From Blasia pusilla (taxonomy: Eukaryota), in contig CM114271.1 of the NCBI GenBank assembly GCA_050084515.1, positions 18,848,001 to 18,912,000 on the forward strand: a stretch of 64,000 bases of DNA, given 5' to 3'. A program made the translations under genes and the position numbers. The notes under the pieces were generated by a model. The model did no database searches. It had not been told where the DNA came from and saw only the letters and a list, made by a program, of their open reading frames with translations. This document shows, piece by piece, positions 35,421 through 48,129 of this stretch. Each line of letters opens with the position of its first letter. The stretch's first letter is position 1.

Positions 35421-36196
35421 TAGAGTTATGATTTATTTTTCTTGGCACTCGGTGGGAGCTTCCTCGGGGCCGAACCAACACATTACACTATCAACTTCAG
35501 GGCTATCTCGATCGATAGAAATCAAATACTTCCGAGTTCATTTGGAACTAGAGTTCCAAACGCCATTCAATAACCTTCCCATGGAACAATAGTTCCAAAT
35601 ATCGTAGAAATTTCAGTAGGATGTATTCCAAAGCCCGAACAACTCCTTCAGCGGGAAGTAGTAGATCTATCAACAGTAGGACTTTACAGATTCTTGCCAA
35701 CTCGAGAGAAGTGGGTTTGGGGCGGAGGGTGGATGAGGCCAAGATTATTTGTTTCTATACTTGAGAATGCTTTGGAATTGTATCTTAAGCTCCGATTTGG
35801 CTTATGAACTCACAAACCTTGGCAAAGTCTGTATTCAATCGTCCGCCACCTCCTTTACTATGAAGTCGCGAAATAAATTAGTTTATGTTACAAATATTTC
35901 TTTGACGGGTGTACGAAAACATTAACCATATCACACGCTAGCCTTCGCTCTCCCAAGATGTCCAAAGAAACGAACAAAATAAACATTGTCAACATCATTC
36001 TCAACGTTTTAACTTCAAGATCATACTATATAGGTTGTCGACGACTAAAAGAGACTTGATTGATTGCAAAAGAACTTGAATATATGGTCATATTTAAATG
36101 GACTTAAGTCCTTATTTTACTTGTAAGCATGACTTCAAGAAAGTCGAAAACCGAGAAATATTTTAATTCACTAGGAATTCCAAAATTGGTATTATG

Positions 36197-36527
36197 CAAG
36201 GTTGCACGGAAACGGACATGCCCGACTTGCACCCGCACCCGAACCTGCCTTGGAGCCCGCTACCTAGACTCAGGCTGACTCCCGCACCCATTGCGTGGCC
36301 TGCAGGGCGGGTAGGCGCGAGCTTGGGGCGGGCTAGGCGTGCAGGAGTGGGCTCTAGGTTGATTGGGCACAGGCTCCGGGCGGATAGGCGCAGGCCTAGG
36401 GTGGGCCTTGAGCCCGCACCTAGGGCATGCCCCAGGCCGGGCTGCAGGCCACGCGAGCTCGAGTGCAAGCCCGCATGGACATGTCCGTCCATAGGACGGA
36501 CACAGACTTTGTTTGTGTGCAACCTTG
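36197..36527. mobile_element. hAT-type MITE
   Basis: Perfect 11-bp TIR CAAGGTTGCAC/GTGCAACCTTG; 8-bp flanks GTATTATG/CTAATATG (6 of 8 match). Confidence 0.85.
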
Positions 36528-37335
36528 CTAATATGCATAGGTGACAACCTCACGTCTTTGCTAAATGAACATTTCTTATTAGAAAGATTGTAAAACTGCC
36601 AACCTTTAGAACTTACACCAAAGTTTTAAATGCACACACTAGTTCGAAGAAAAAAGCTAAGAATAAGAGGGTATATCACTCATAATGACTATTACTAACT
36701 CACCAAGGAAGGATTATGTCTAATTATCTTCATCTCCAAATATTTCTTCCAAGTTTTAATGAGGAAATTTTTATATTTTGAGAATATTTTCACAGCAAGC
36801 AAGTGAGGCCTAAAGGATGGAAAAAATTCCTTGCCCATTTCTTATGAGGTTCCAACTAATTTTCTCAATCATGAGAATAATGCAATAAAGGAAAATGATA
36901 TAATTGTACATTCGCATGGGAAACAAATATTTCAGAAAGGCATACATTCTCTCTTATTTTCTTTGTTATATTTTTTTGAGTTGTAAGATGTCATATTACA
37001 CTGGCTAATCTCTTAAACACTAATCTTGTGTATCACTAAAGCTTATGTTCAACATATCATATCCTCTTCATTGATTTGCATTCAAACATACTTATATTAG
37101 CCATGTTTTTGGTCAATTGGCCTTGCATCTCTGGAGTGTGAGTCTCCAATCACCCCTTAAGCTTAACAATTATAAATAGGATTAGATACCAATCCAACCC
37201 TTCATTCCCCAACACACACAAGTCATTTAAGACTTGGGGACAAACTTCCTTGATAGTATAGGGATATAAAATGGGGTTAGTACATTTGATGGTCCTAAGT
37301 GCCTAATGGACTCAAACGAGTCTCTAAACCAAACT

Positions 37336-37337
<2 letters not shown>

Positions 37338-37394
<57 letters not shown>
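37338..37394. repeat. (AT)n microsatellite
   Basis: Seen directly. Confidence 0.98.
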
Positions 37395-37398
<4 letters not shown>

Positions 37399-37400
37399 AT

Positions 37401-37947
37401 TGAGGTTGCACAAAAATAGACAAGTTAATCAATGCATGGGAGAAACATATCCAGACAAGTCTCGACATGTCAAACAAGTTTCCCGCCCAGATTTTTGGCA
37501 TCTCAGTGGCCCGTGCGGGCTCGGGAAGCGAGAACGAGTGCGAGCTTATCAGGGCAAGATCAAACGGGTGTGTGGGATATGAGCCCTTGCTTGGCCCTCA
37601 TTGGGTGGGCTTAGGAGCCCACCCTATCCGACCCTTAGCCTACCTACCCGAACTTGAGCTTGGGCCTATCCTATCCAAGCTTGAGCCCTCCATGCGGGCT
37701 CTATTCAAGCCTAGCCACTAGTTTTGAGTCCACCCAACAGCGGCCCAACCCGCCCTAGGGACTGTTGCGGGTCATGTGCGTGCTTAATGCGGGCTACAAA
37801 ACGGCTACATATTGACCAAACCCCGGTCTACGCTACAAGCAAGGCGGGCATGGGGGCGGGCTGCGGGTACCCAAGCCCGCATGGACATGTTTGTTCTAGG
37901 GACAGATATAAGTCTACGGACACGGACTTTGTCCATGTGCAACATTG
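37401..37947. mobile_element. hAT-type MITE, degraded TIRs
   Basis: TGAGGTTGCAC...GTGCAACATTG; flanks TAGTGAAT/CCTTGAAT. Confidence 0.75.
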
Positions 37948-39240
37948 CCTTGAATCAAGGTCTAAGGCTGTGATCCAAAATTTGATTAATCGGACTTGGA
38001 TTGATTTCAAACCCTAACACCAACCTCAGAACCCTGCCCTTGCTTCAATTGCCTTGGTTCCTAAGGTGGGATTCAGGTTCCAAATGCACTTGGAGATCCT
38101 CACCCTTATATATAGTTATAGAAATACTTGACCCCATGTTCTTAAAAAATATCCCTCTTAGGCCGCTCCTAGCTTTATGGCCCATAATCCAAATTATACT
38201 TTTGATAGCCTTAAGCATATTTCAAGAGGTATTCTTGTGTATTTCTCTAGATCAATTAAGCGATGCACTTGACTCATCACAAGCTTTCCCACGCCACCTT
38301 TCTTATCATAAATACATCTTGGTTCTACTTACCATGACTTCAAATATCAAGAACCTCCAAACATTCAATCATGTTCCAAGATAGGTTGTAGCCTCCTTAG
38401 GGACCAACTCTTGTGGGACTTTAACTCTTCTCAAGTTCCATACTATTTTTCGTCATGCCCTTTGGACCACAACCATTATCATTTGAGATGCCCATTAAGG
38501 CTCTCCTCTTGCTTCTATAACTCATCCCTTATTCATAAGACTCCAATGCGTTTCCATCATAGTATGAACCCACTAAATTTGTGATATTGTGTGTTAGCAC
38601 GTGTTTGATTATGAGTGTTGCACCACAATATAACATCAACTAGGAATAATTTTTATGATCAATTTGATCCTAGTATATGTATTTGAAGATATTTATATGT
38701 TGAATTTACTTCATACTATTTTTAGAATGAGAAAAAAGGCCATATATGGTGAATATATATATGGAATTCTTCACATCATGAAAATTTATTTTCCAAATAT
38801 TTTTCGAAGAAGAAAAAGAGATAAATCTCTCTTTTAAAGGAGAAAAAAAGATTTTCTCAATATACTTAAATTATTAAAAAAACTTCTTTGTATGAATAAA
38901 AAAAACTTATTTCTTTCATTTTTATATGCGAAGATGAGTGTTATTAATTGTGACTTCTTAGATAATTGAATCATGTTTATGGTGCAACCACATATGCACA
39001 AAGAAGAAAAATATGATATATTTCATGATTTGGATTGGTAAGGTATGAATGACAAATCAGATTACCATATACATCTTAGTACCAAGATGATCATGTACCA
39101 AAATATCTCCAAAATATCATAAGAGATAAGAGATAAGATATAAGAGACTTGGGATACTCTTAAGACCAGAAGGACCATATTATATCATCTGATGCCAAGA
39201 GGTTCTACAAAGAGAGGAGCTCCAAAGCTCAATCTCTCTA

Positions 39241-39279
<39 letters not shown>

Positions 39280-39648
39280 TACATATCAAGCGGTAGGTGA
39301 TCAAGAGGTTAGCTAAACAAACATAAGGTCCTCTTGAAGAGGTCTTGGGTTCAACTCTCCCCTTGGACAATCGGGGGCGGTCTCAACCCCAAGGCAACGG
39401 TGTCCCCTACCTAGGGCATGGATGGTCCATGTTCGAGAGAGAGAACGCCTTGTGTGCCTTAACTATACTCCCGCATTGAAATCCTAGATAAAATTCCAAG
39501 CCTTCACAAAGAAAAACTAAAAACAAAAACCAAATCTCCTCAGTGAGAACCCCAAATGTAGATGTGAAGGTGTCCGTCGGATGGGATGTCAATTTCACAT
39601 ATGTGGAAGGGGTCCCATAAGCCATATTGGCTTCCCGTGGACTAAAAA

Positions 39649-39803
<155 letters not shown>

Positions 39804-40245
39804 GGTATCTCCTTTTCTTCTTCCAAGCTCTCTACACGATAACTCATGCTTGCAGATTATCTCCTTGGATCTTGATCTGACATAGGGGATCAAGGGGCAC
39901 CTTCCAAAGTAAAAAAGTAAACTATGCTCAAAGTAAGAACTTACTCAAAAAAGTAAGTTTTTAAATATAGCTCTAATTGAGCTAAAAAAATGCAAAACTT
40001 GCTCTCTTAGATTATCCAAGGCCTCAAAAAGTCATCCTCAACCTCTTGAGGTTGTTCTTTGATCTTTTCAAAGTCATCATATGCATACTCATCAATCCAT
40101 TCTAAAAGACGTGATACTTATCATCCGTATAGATATCGCTACACAACATACATTACTGTCACTAACTACAAACATAAACATAAGATAACATACTCACTCA
40201 TGACATCTTAATAATGAGATGATTGTGTAGTACCAAAGTATCTCC

Positions 40246-43200
40246 AATTGTCCCACTAGGTGGTGGCATAATTAGGTTCCTCTAACCCCATATAGTCATA
40301 TATTCCTACATTCCATGGCACACATCTCTAAGATGCTAATAGCAAAAAGATCGAGGGGTCATATGGTCCCATTGTTCGTTGCCTTCTTATCATCCACGTC
40401 ACTAATGCAAATTTAGATCTATGACTTCATAATAACTATTGTATGTATATATGGGCACCAGATGTTCATTGAGTAATTACTAGAGGACACCTCTCACTAT
40501 TTTCCTTGAGGATTTATAGTAACAAGTGGCATCATACATGTCCTATGCCATCCTCTTGAATATCCATAATAGACTAGTATAGTAGATGCATCGTAGATAG
40601 ATCCATACAATATACAATATAAGCTTGTAGGAACTTGCTAAGCTCAGATCAAATATACCATCAATGTTAGGAAAGCAACATAGCGCACAGTTAGGCATAT
40701 GATCCTTCCAAACCGTACCATTACGTCCCTCCAATGAGAGAACATACGATGATAAAAACTCACGCACTCTCAAGATAGTGCGTCATTTGTAGCATCCAAT
40801 ATCATAAGTGTTGTGTGGTGCAAGTAGACATAATCTCCTTGATTCAACCTTTGAATAGTCAATCCATAACCACCTCCTCACATAGTCACATATCTTAATG
40901 TATCCCAATGTTGTACAATAGCAAAGTTCTCAAACATCATGGGCATAACTCTCTAAACAAACTCAGCCCTATGAGAGCATGCTTGCATCTTTATATACAT
41001 AAAGATCATCGAGGTTCAACACCTCATCAATATCATAACAAATGGTTGTAGTAAATTAGACTCTTGACTATTAAGCAGCAAATAAGATGAGAAGGAATCT
41101 AAGGATGTCTACTTGTTGAATATGTATTGCATCATCAACCATGGAAATTGTAGGTCCCAATCTCCTAGGTGACCTCTCAACAAGTCATACTTGCGTAAAT
41201 CACTCTTCCCTATTTGGACAACTCTCTCCATTGGTCCATCCCAATTTTGCATGTGGACAAAGTTTGTGTTTGCGGACATGTCCATGTTTGTTGACTTATA
41301 TCTATCATATGGAAGGACTTGTTCGTATAAGCCCCATCTTCCCCTTCTTTCGCATCCCCCTTACTTGCCTCCATATTTTGCACTTTCCCGTTTCTTCCTT
41401 CCTCCACCTCCACTCCCTTCCTCTTATTGCTCGACGGTCCCTACCTTACTTCCGCCATAAGCTATAAGTATAGGCCCTTGCCATCCATGTCCATGGACAT
41501 GTCCATATTTTTCCGTCCATGTTCATCTTAGGGACAACCATGGTCCATCCATCTTAGAATGATCTTGCGAAGTAAAGTAGTGGCTAATCAACGCTTGATC
41601 AAAAAAGGCTTGGAACTCCCCATGAAAATCTATACCCTAGTTTTTCAACACCTCTTTTGGAGCGCCATAGAGATTCATTACTTGAGATAGGAATGCAAAA
41701 GCTACTACCTCACTTGCTTTGTTAGACGATGCAACCAACTCTATCCACTTTGAGAAGTACTCGACCATCACCAAAACGTAACAACCATGATGCTCTATCA
41801 AAGGTAAAGGCCTTGCAAAATCCAAACTCTAGCTATAGTCTAAACCCATAATTAGTAGTGGATGCAAGTGTGAAGTCAAAGCAATGAACAACTCAATCAT
41901 ACATCTGACAACAAACTTCTCTACATCATTCTGCATTCCTTGCCATCAATATTGTATCTAGAGCAAGATGTATGTTTGCTTCACTCCATAGTGTATTAGT
42001 GTCCCAACTCCTTGTGTACATATTGCACCAATCATGATCTCTACAAGGGATGAGGAACTACTCATACTCCACCATCCTTCCAAACTCATAAAATGTGTGT
42101 CCCCTCGCATTGAAAAGAGTCTACCTCATTGTAGGGTCTGATCCTCCTATCTAGCACCCACTATGCTAGCAACATTGCCAATACGTACATTCTCCAAGAC
42201 TACCTCGTCTTATTGGATATCTTGACCATATGTCACCTTCTCACCAGTTTTTGGATCTAAGGATCTCCATCAAACCTTGCCATTGAAGTAACACCCTCTG
42301 GCTCTCCTTAGTTGACAAACCCAAACATGTTGATGCGTGCCAATCAAGAACCATCTCCTCATCACTCTCTCCATCCTAATAAGATCCACTTGCATCTCAA
42401 TAGCTTGAGCATGGATTACGACTCAACACGTATGTATCATGATTGAGCATCTCAACTTGATGTACCAACCATAAATCATATATACTCCTAAAACAAGAAA
42501 GCCCACCTAGCAAACTTCCATGTAATCTTGTCAAACTTCTTCAACCACTTCAATGGTTGACGATCAATAATGATGGTAAGAAGGTTGCCAAATAAGTAAT
42601 TCCTGAAATGCGCAATAATCCACACTGAAAGAAATTAAGAAATCAACCTTATACAAGCTATAATTTGTCTCTACAATTTCATTTGAATGACCAACAAAAG
42701 CCATCACAAACTGTGAATCCTCATCATCACACTAGGTGAGCACCACTCCAAGCCCAACCTACTCCAACATATATATAAGTTGAAATGAGTCCCCTTGATT
42801 GATATTCTTAGTATAGATGTAGACATCAATCTATCCTTATGCGATTGAAATGCTCTTTCCTACTCATTCCCCTAGTGCCACTCATGATCCATCTTGATCA
42901 GCAAGGTTAGGAGCTAGACAGTCAAATTGAAACCCTAGACATATCGTCAATAGAAATTTTCCAAAACCATGAATGCAAAATGAACTCATATTTGTAGGGC
43001 ATGGAATGCATGAAATAGCCTCTACCTTTGTTAGTTGAATACCAAGGCTATTTGGATATATTGTATGATCGAAGTACTCAATCTGGTCATAGAAGAATTT
43101 GCACTTGCCTGAATGTAGCTTCAGCCCATGTAACTGCAATCCTCGAAAAATCTCCTCAATATCTCACTCATGCTCCTAAATTGCGGTATTGAAGACTACA

Positions 43201-43490
43201 ATATCATCAATGTAAAACCTACCACAATCCATACTTTCCAAGATCCTATCCATAACCATATGAAACTCATTAGTACGTTCTTCAACCCAAATGGTAAGGA
43301 TTGCCACAAGTAAAAAAAATCCTTCCCGTAAGGATTAATTCCCAAACATGCCATCTTCTACCTATCCTCTAGTTTGATAGGCAATTGATGGTATCACTTG
43401 AAGATCTAAAGAATTGAAGACATTTGCGTATCCTATAGCTGACATCAAATATCTCCTCAAAAGCGGGTATGGCATATCTATCAAACTTCA
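40246..43490 (-). mobile_element. Heavily decayed Ty3/gypsy RT-RH-IN-PHD, related to the 15-18 kb element; hAT MITE in the integrase (~41226-41550)
   Basis: GLKLHSGKCKFFYDQIEY..HTIYP parallels GLKLHPGKCKFLYNQIEYLGHTIYP of copy 1; integrase DFARPLP...EYFSKWIE; QGDYVYL...ILRV...LEG...KDH..NCA; PHD remnant at 40485-40616. Confidence 0.85.
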
Positions 43491-43529
43491 TGTATGGCGA
43501 TAAATATGCCCCTTTATTGGTTTATGACC

Positions 43530-45555
43530 ATCACATTCTCTGAACAGAGCAATAGTTCCATTTGGCAAACCTGCATATAAAAATTCTTCGTCTTCTATCT
43601 AAAAATCGTGATTGGCCATAATAGTCTCAATCTCTCGTGTCTCCTTCCTTTACCTTGTATCCCTCCTATTGAAATACTCTCTAAAATCATTTGTAACAAC
43701 TATGGCATGGAATCCCTCCTTCAATTCTAAGACACGTCCCAATATTAAAAAATTTGTTGCTTAGTGTTCGTGTATTAGTAGGAAGCAATAATCATCTCTT
43801 CATTGGGTTGGTTTCCATGAATTTTACCATCATCCAAGTTCCTATCTTCACAAATACTACCATCTCATGACCTTGTGTGAAATTCCTATCCACCTCATGC
43901 CACTTGTGACTTATCCCATAGTTCGTATAGGAAATCAAGAGAATGTGATACACATTCACTCCAAAGTATGTCAGGAAATTTTGCTTTAATAATTTTCCCT
44001 ATTGCTGGCTCATTGCTAGCATTTTTTGTCACAAGTTGCACCATATTCTTTGGACCTATTTGCATGATAGTCCTTCCTATGTGGCCTACCAACCATTGAG
44101 CCATTTGGGATTCCTCCTTCTTATCTACAAATTTTATTATAACCTCACCTTGAGGATATGAGACTATAATGTTCACTAAAGACTCACTCCTCACATTGGT
44201 CCAAGCATCCATGATGATCATGGCCCCCAAATAAAAATTATCCAATACGGCATCAACCATTTCCCTCACCTTCCCTATATGTTTCATAAGTAGATCAGTA
44301 CGCAACGCATTGTAACCAGGACTTGAATAACACTTTACCTTTGTTGTTGCCAATATTTTTTCTTGAAAGAATCTTGCCGTAATACGTTGAATGATATCCC
44401 ATATTAGTAGAAATACTTTGCCCAAGTATCATTTGAAACTTCTATTTCTTGGAAGTTGAAAGAATCCCTCACATCAACTTGCTTCTTTTAGGCGCTACTA
44501 GTCGTCTCACTTGGCTTAACTATCCCTCAATATTGGTCAAGACTGTCACTCGGTGTCATATCCGCAACCCTATCAACATTGGATAAAAAAAAACACTTTT
44601 TATTTTCTCCTCAGAACCCGATTGGAATGGTATTATCTCCTCCACTTCACTGAAGGGTCTCTCTTCCCTTCTCTATCCATTCGGAGATCCCATTGCACAA
44701 TAGAAGGGACCTTCACACATAATTTGGCATGATGGCCATCTTAACTCCTCTCCTTTTTCTTTTGTTCCTCTCGTGTAAAATGCTCCAGCATCTGCCTACT
44801 ATGATATGTTTTCATTGATTAAGAAAAATACTTACACTACTATTTGTTTGATGTTCCATCTTCTACATGTACTTCTTTCCAATGTTCCTTCACAATCTGT
44901 TGGAGTTCTCTAGCTTTGGTTATGACTACAAGTGAATACCCTTCCCACCCAAAAAATATTTGGTCACTTTGCAACAATTTTACACGCACAAGAATTAGAT
45001 ATCTTGACCTACGAAATAAATGAAAATTACACCATATAGTGTCCATTAATGCCTATAGCAACCTTAGAACACTCACTATAAACAAGAAAGGCCGATATGC
45101 TAGCCTAGATAATTGAGATAACTTAAATCATCAAGGTTATCTAATTGTAAAATATATTCTCACTTATCAAGTTCACCTAGACAAAAGAGTAGAGAGAGGG
45201 AGACATGGAGAGACACTCACCTAGACAGCATGGCCCAAGCCTACGCTTGCAACGAGGCCGTATGTCTCGAGGCTAGGCTTGCTCCTTAGCCCAGGTAGGC
45301 CTAGGGTTTGAGCTTAGGCCTACATCTAGCGTGCATGGCCCACACGTAAGCATGCCTTGTTCGTGCTTAAGCATGTATCCTACCCGCAATAGGGCGCGGG
45401 TCCACACCCTACAGGCGGGGTTTTGTGGTTGGCATGCACTAGGCCCACATGGGCAAGGAGCCTATCTTGGGCCCATATCCCGCACGCATGTTGCTCCCTA
45501 TCCTGCACCCTTCATCGGATCACACACTCATTCTCGCATCTAGAGCCTACGCGGG
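43530..45555 (-). mobile_element. hAT transposase relic (BED-finger remnant and DUF659-like core) with GC-rich subterminal region
   Basis: IIMDAWTN...LVNII...VQLVTKNASN...WSECVSHSLD (43895..44425); W...CKY...LEHF...C at ~44715-44885. Confidence 0.8.
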
Positions 45556-45559
45556 CAAC

Positions 45560-46300
45560 TCAAACACCAAAAAGACCCAGCTTGAAGCACCATTCTTCAT
45601 CAGAGGAGTCGAATTCCTCTCTGCCTTTCCAGATCCTACAAAGGGGAAGCATTGGTTTTTTAGTAGATGCTCTTCTACCTTATGCAAAGATGCACTCTTC
45701 TGACCCTTACAAAGATTACAAGGACACCTTACACAAATTTGCCTATCCCTCCTTGCCGTGGCCTGCTCTCGATGCCATAGCTTAAGGTCATGTCTTGCAA
45801 CTCTCTCAACATTGTTGAGGGGTTGTCTAACCTTGTGGTTTGGATGGCTCATTATGGTTTCTCCTGAATATGGAAAATTTGATGTCATAAAGCCTAACAC
45901 GACACCAATTCAGAGTTCAGATCTTTCCCATTCATCTCTCAGCTAACACATAACTAAAACACCATAACTTAATCAATATTTTCATACTTGCACATAATGC
46001 TTCAATTGTAAGAGCACCCGCATGATTAGTCTTCTTCTTGTTGAAACAATGTATATCTTCAACGCTCTTTTACAACAAGCCACTTATAGAGCAGCATGTC
46101 AACATCTTTCCTAACCAATTCATATCTCAAAAGCAACATATGGTACAATTTCTAACTCTATCCATGCATGATCCTATTCACCATCCCATTCAACTCTCAA
46201 ATATAGTGCAGTGGTGACTTGTTGCATTAAGCATTCAAACAATAGAACTTGTTTGAATTCTTTCTATATATATCTATCCAAATTGAATGTGATAATGCAG
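45560..46300 (-). mobile_element. CACTA/EnSpm transposase N-terminal fragment
   Basis: VRCPCNLCKG...KVEEHLLKN matches the CPCxxC...HL transposase-associated domain pattern; extent approximate. Confidence 0.6.
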
Positions 46301-46775
46301 AATAGAGGGTCTCTGTGATCTATACATTTCATTTCTAAACTGGATTTTTGCTTTTGAATGCGAGAGAATTTGCAGACATTGCACAGATTGAAGTATCATG
46401 AGTAAGGCTAGAATACTCTTTGCCACAACTGATGCTCATCCTCAACAATGTCATACCTAGACAGAATGAATCAAAAGCATTAGGATTGCATTGGCGAGAG
46501 CCAGAGAGACTGTAATCATTAAGTAGCATGTTGAATTTCCTACTTCCCACTCAAGTCTGATTCTCTACTCCAACCAGATATTCAATAAATGCAAAAATGT
46601 GAGGAACTGGTTTCTTACCGACGTCACTTCACTGGTAAGACTTGCCTCACCCTCAACAATTTCATACCTAGACACAGTGAGTCATGAGGGTTAGGATTGC
46701 ATTGGCGAGAGCCAGAGGGACTCTAATCTTTCTATATCAACAAATGCAAAATTTAATATGATAATGCAAGGTTCT

Positions 46776-47082
<307 letters not shown>

Positions 47083-48129
47083 CAAATGAGGTTGCTCGAG
47101 CACTCGTATCTTAATATTCCAGTTCTATGTCAGAGGTGAAATTTGATCTTGGATTTTATATCCCTACCCATAGCATTGAGAACTTCATGATAGGAAAGCA
47201 GCAGATTACCAGGGTGTTGTGCGTGTGGCTAAGTTGAGTCCTCTAGAATCCACTCATGGAGATGACTTGTCAATACCAACAACATACTTACCATCTGGTC
47301 AGAGCAGGGTACACTACACAAAGTGTAGTGAATATCAGAGGATAGGAAGAGCTTGAAGGCTTCAACTTGCACACTACTTTGCAAGAGGCTCGCGGAAGTA
47401 GGGAAAACCATCTGCCAATGACTCTAGCAAGGAAAGTTCAAAGTTGAAGAGTGAGTGGAAACTAGACAATAGAAGTTTGAAAGATATGGACATGGAGACA
47501 AGAAACTCTTCATCACACCATCTACTTCACTTGATTGGAAATCCCAAATAGACATTACTTACCAGTGCAAAAACTCTTGCAACTTGAATAAGGCTATTGA
47601 ATGTGTCGGAACAATTGTGCTATTGACATCCCACACTGTTGTCCCATATTCCAGCAAGGCATAAATGGTATGCTAAATAATAGAGCGCCTTACTTCTAAT
47701 GTGATGTGTGAGTTTTGATATGCCGAGCTATTTATGGGGCATAGTGAGTTACTACTTAATAATATAAGTAGGTTTTAAAACTGATTTATGGGGTTGAGTC
47801 TTGTATGGCATTCAAAAATCAGTGGAGACTCAGTTTTGCATGTTCTACTTCCAATTGTACATGCAAAACTTCAAGTTGTTATCCTTACTGCCTAGAATCA
47901 TGCACGTGGGAGTTAAGGTGGTTATCAAATTGGTTCTAGATGCTATAAAGTTTTCAATCCTAATACAAACTCAAAAAACTCTGAACCGATAACTGTTCCT
48001 AAAGCAGCAAGAAAACTCCACTTTAGGCCACTATTTTTAAATAGTGGGTGGCTTCCAATCAGACATTGTATCATCCCCAAATCTTGAAAGAGTGGCAGAT
48101 CCTTTAGATAAAGCAAGTCTTATTGCTTT

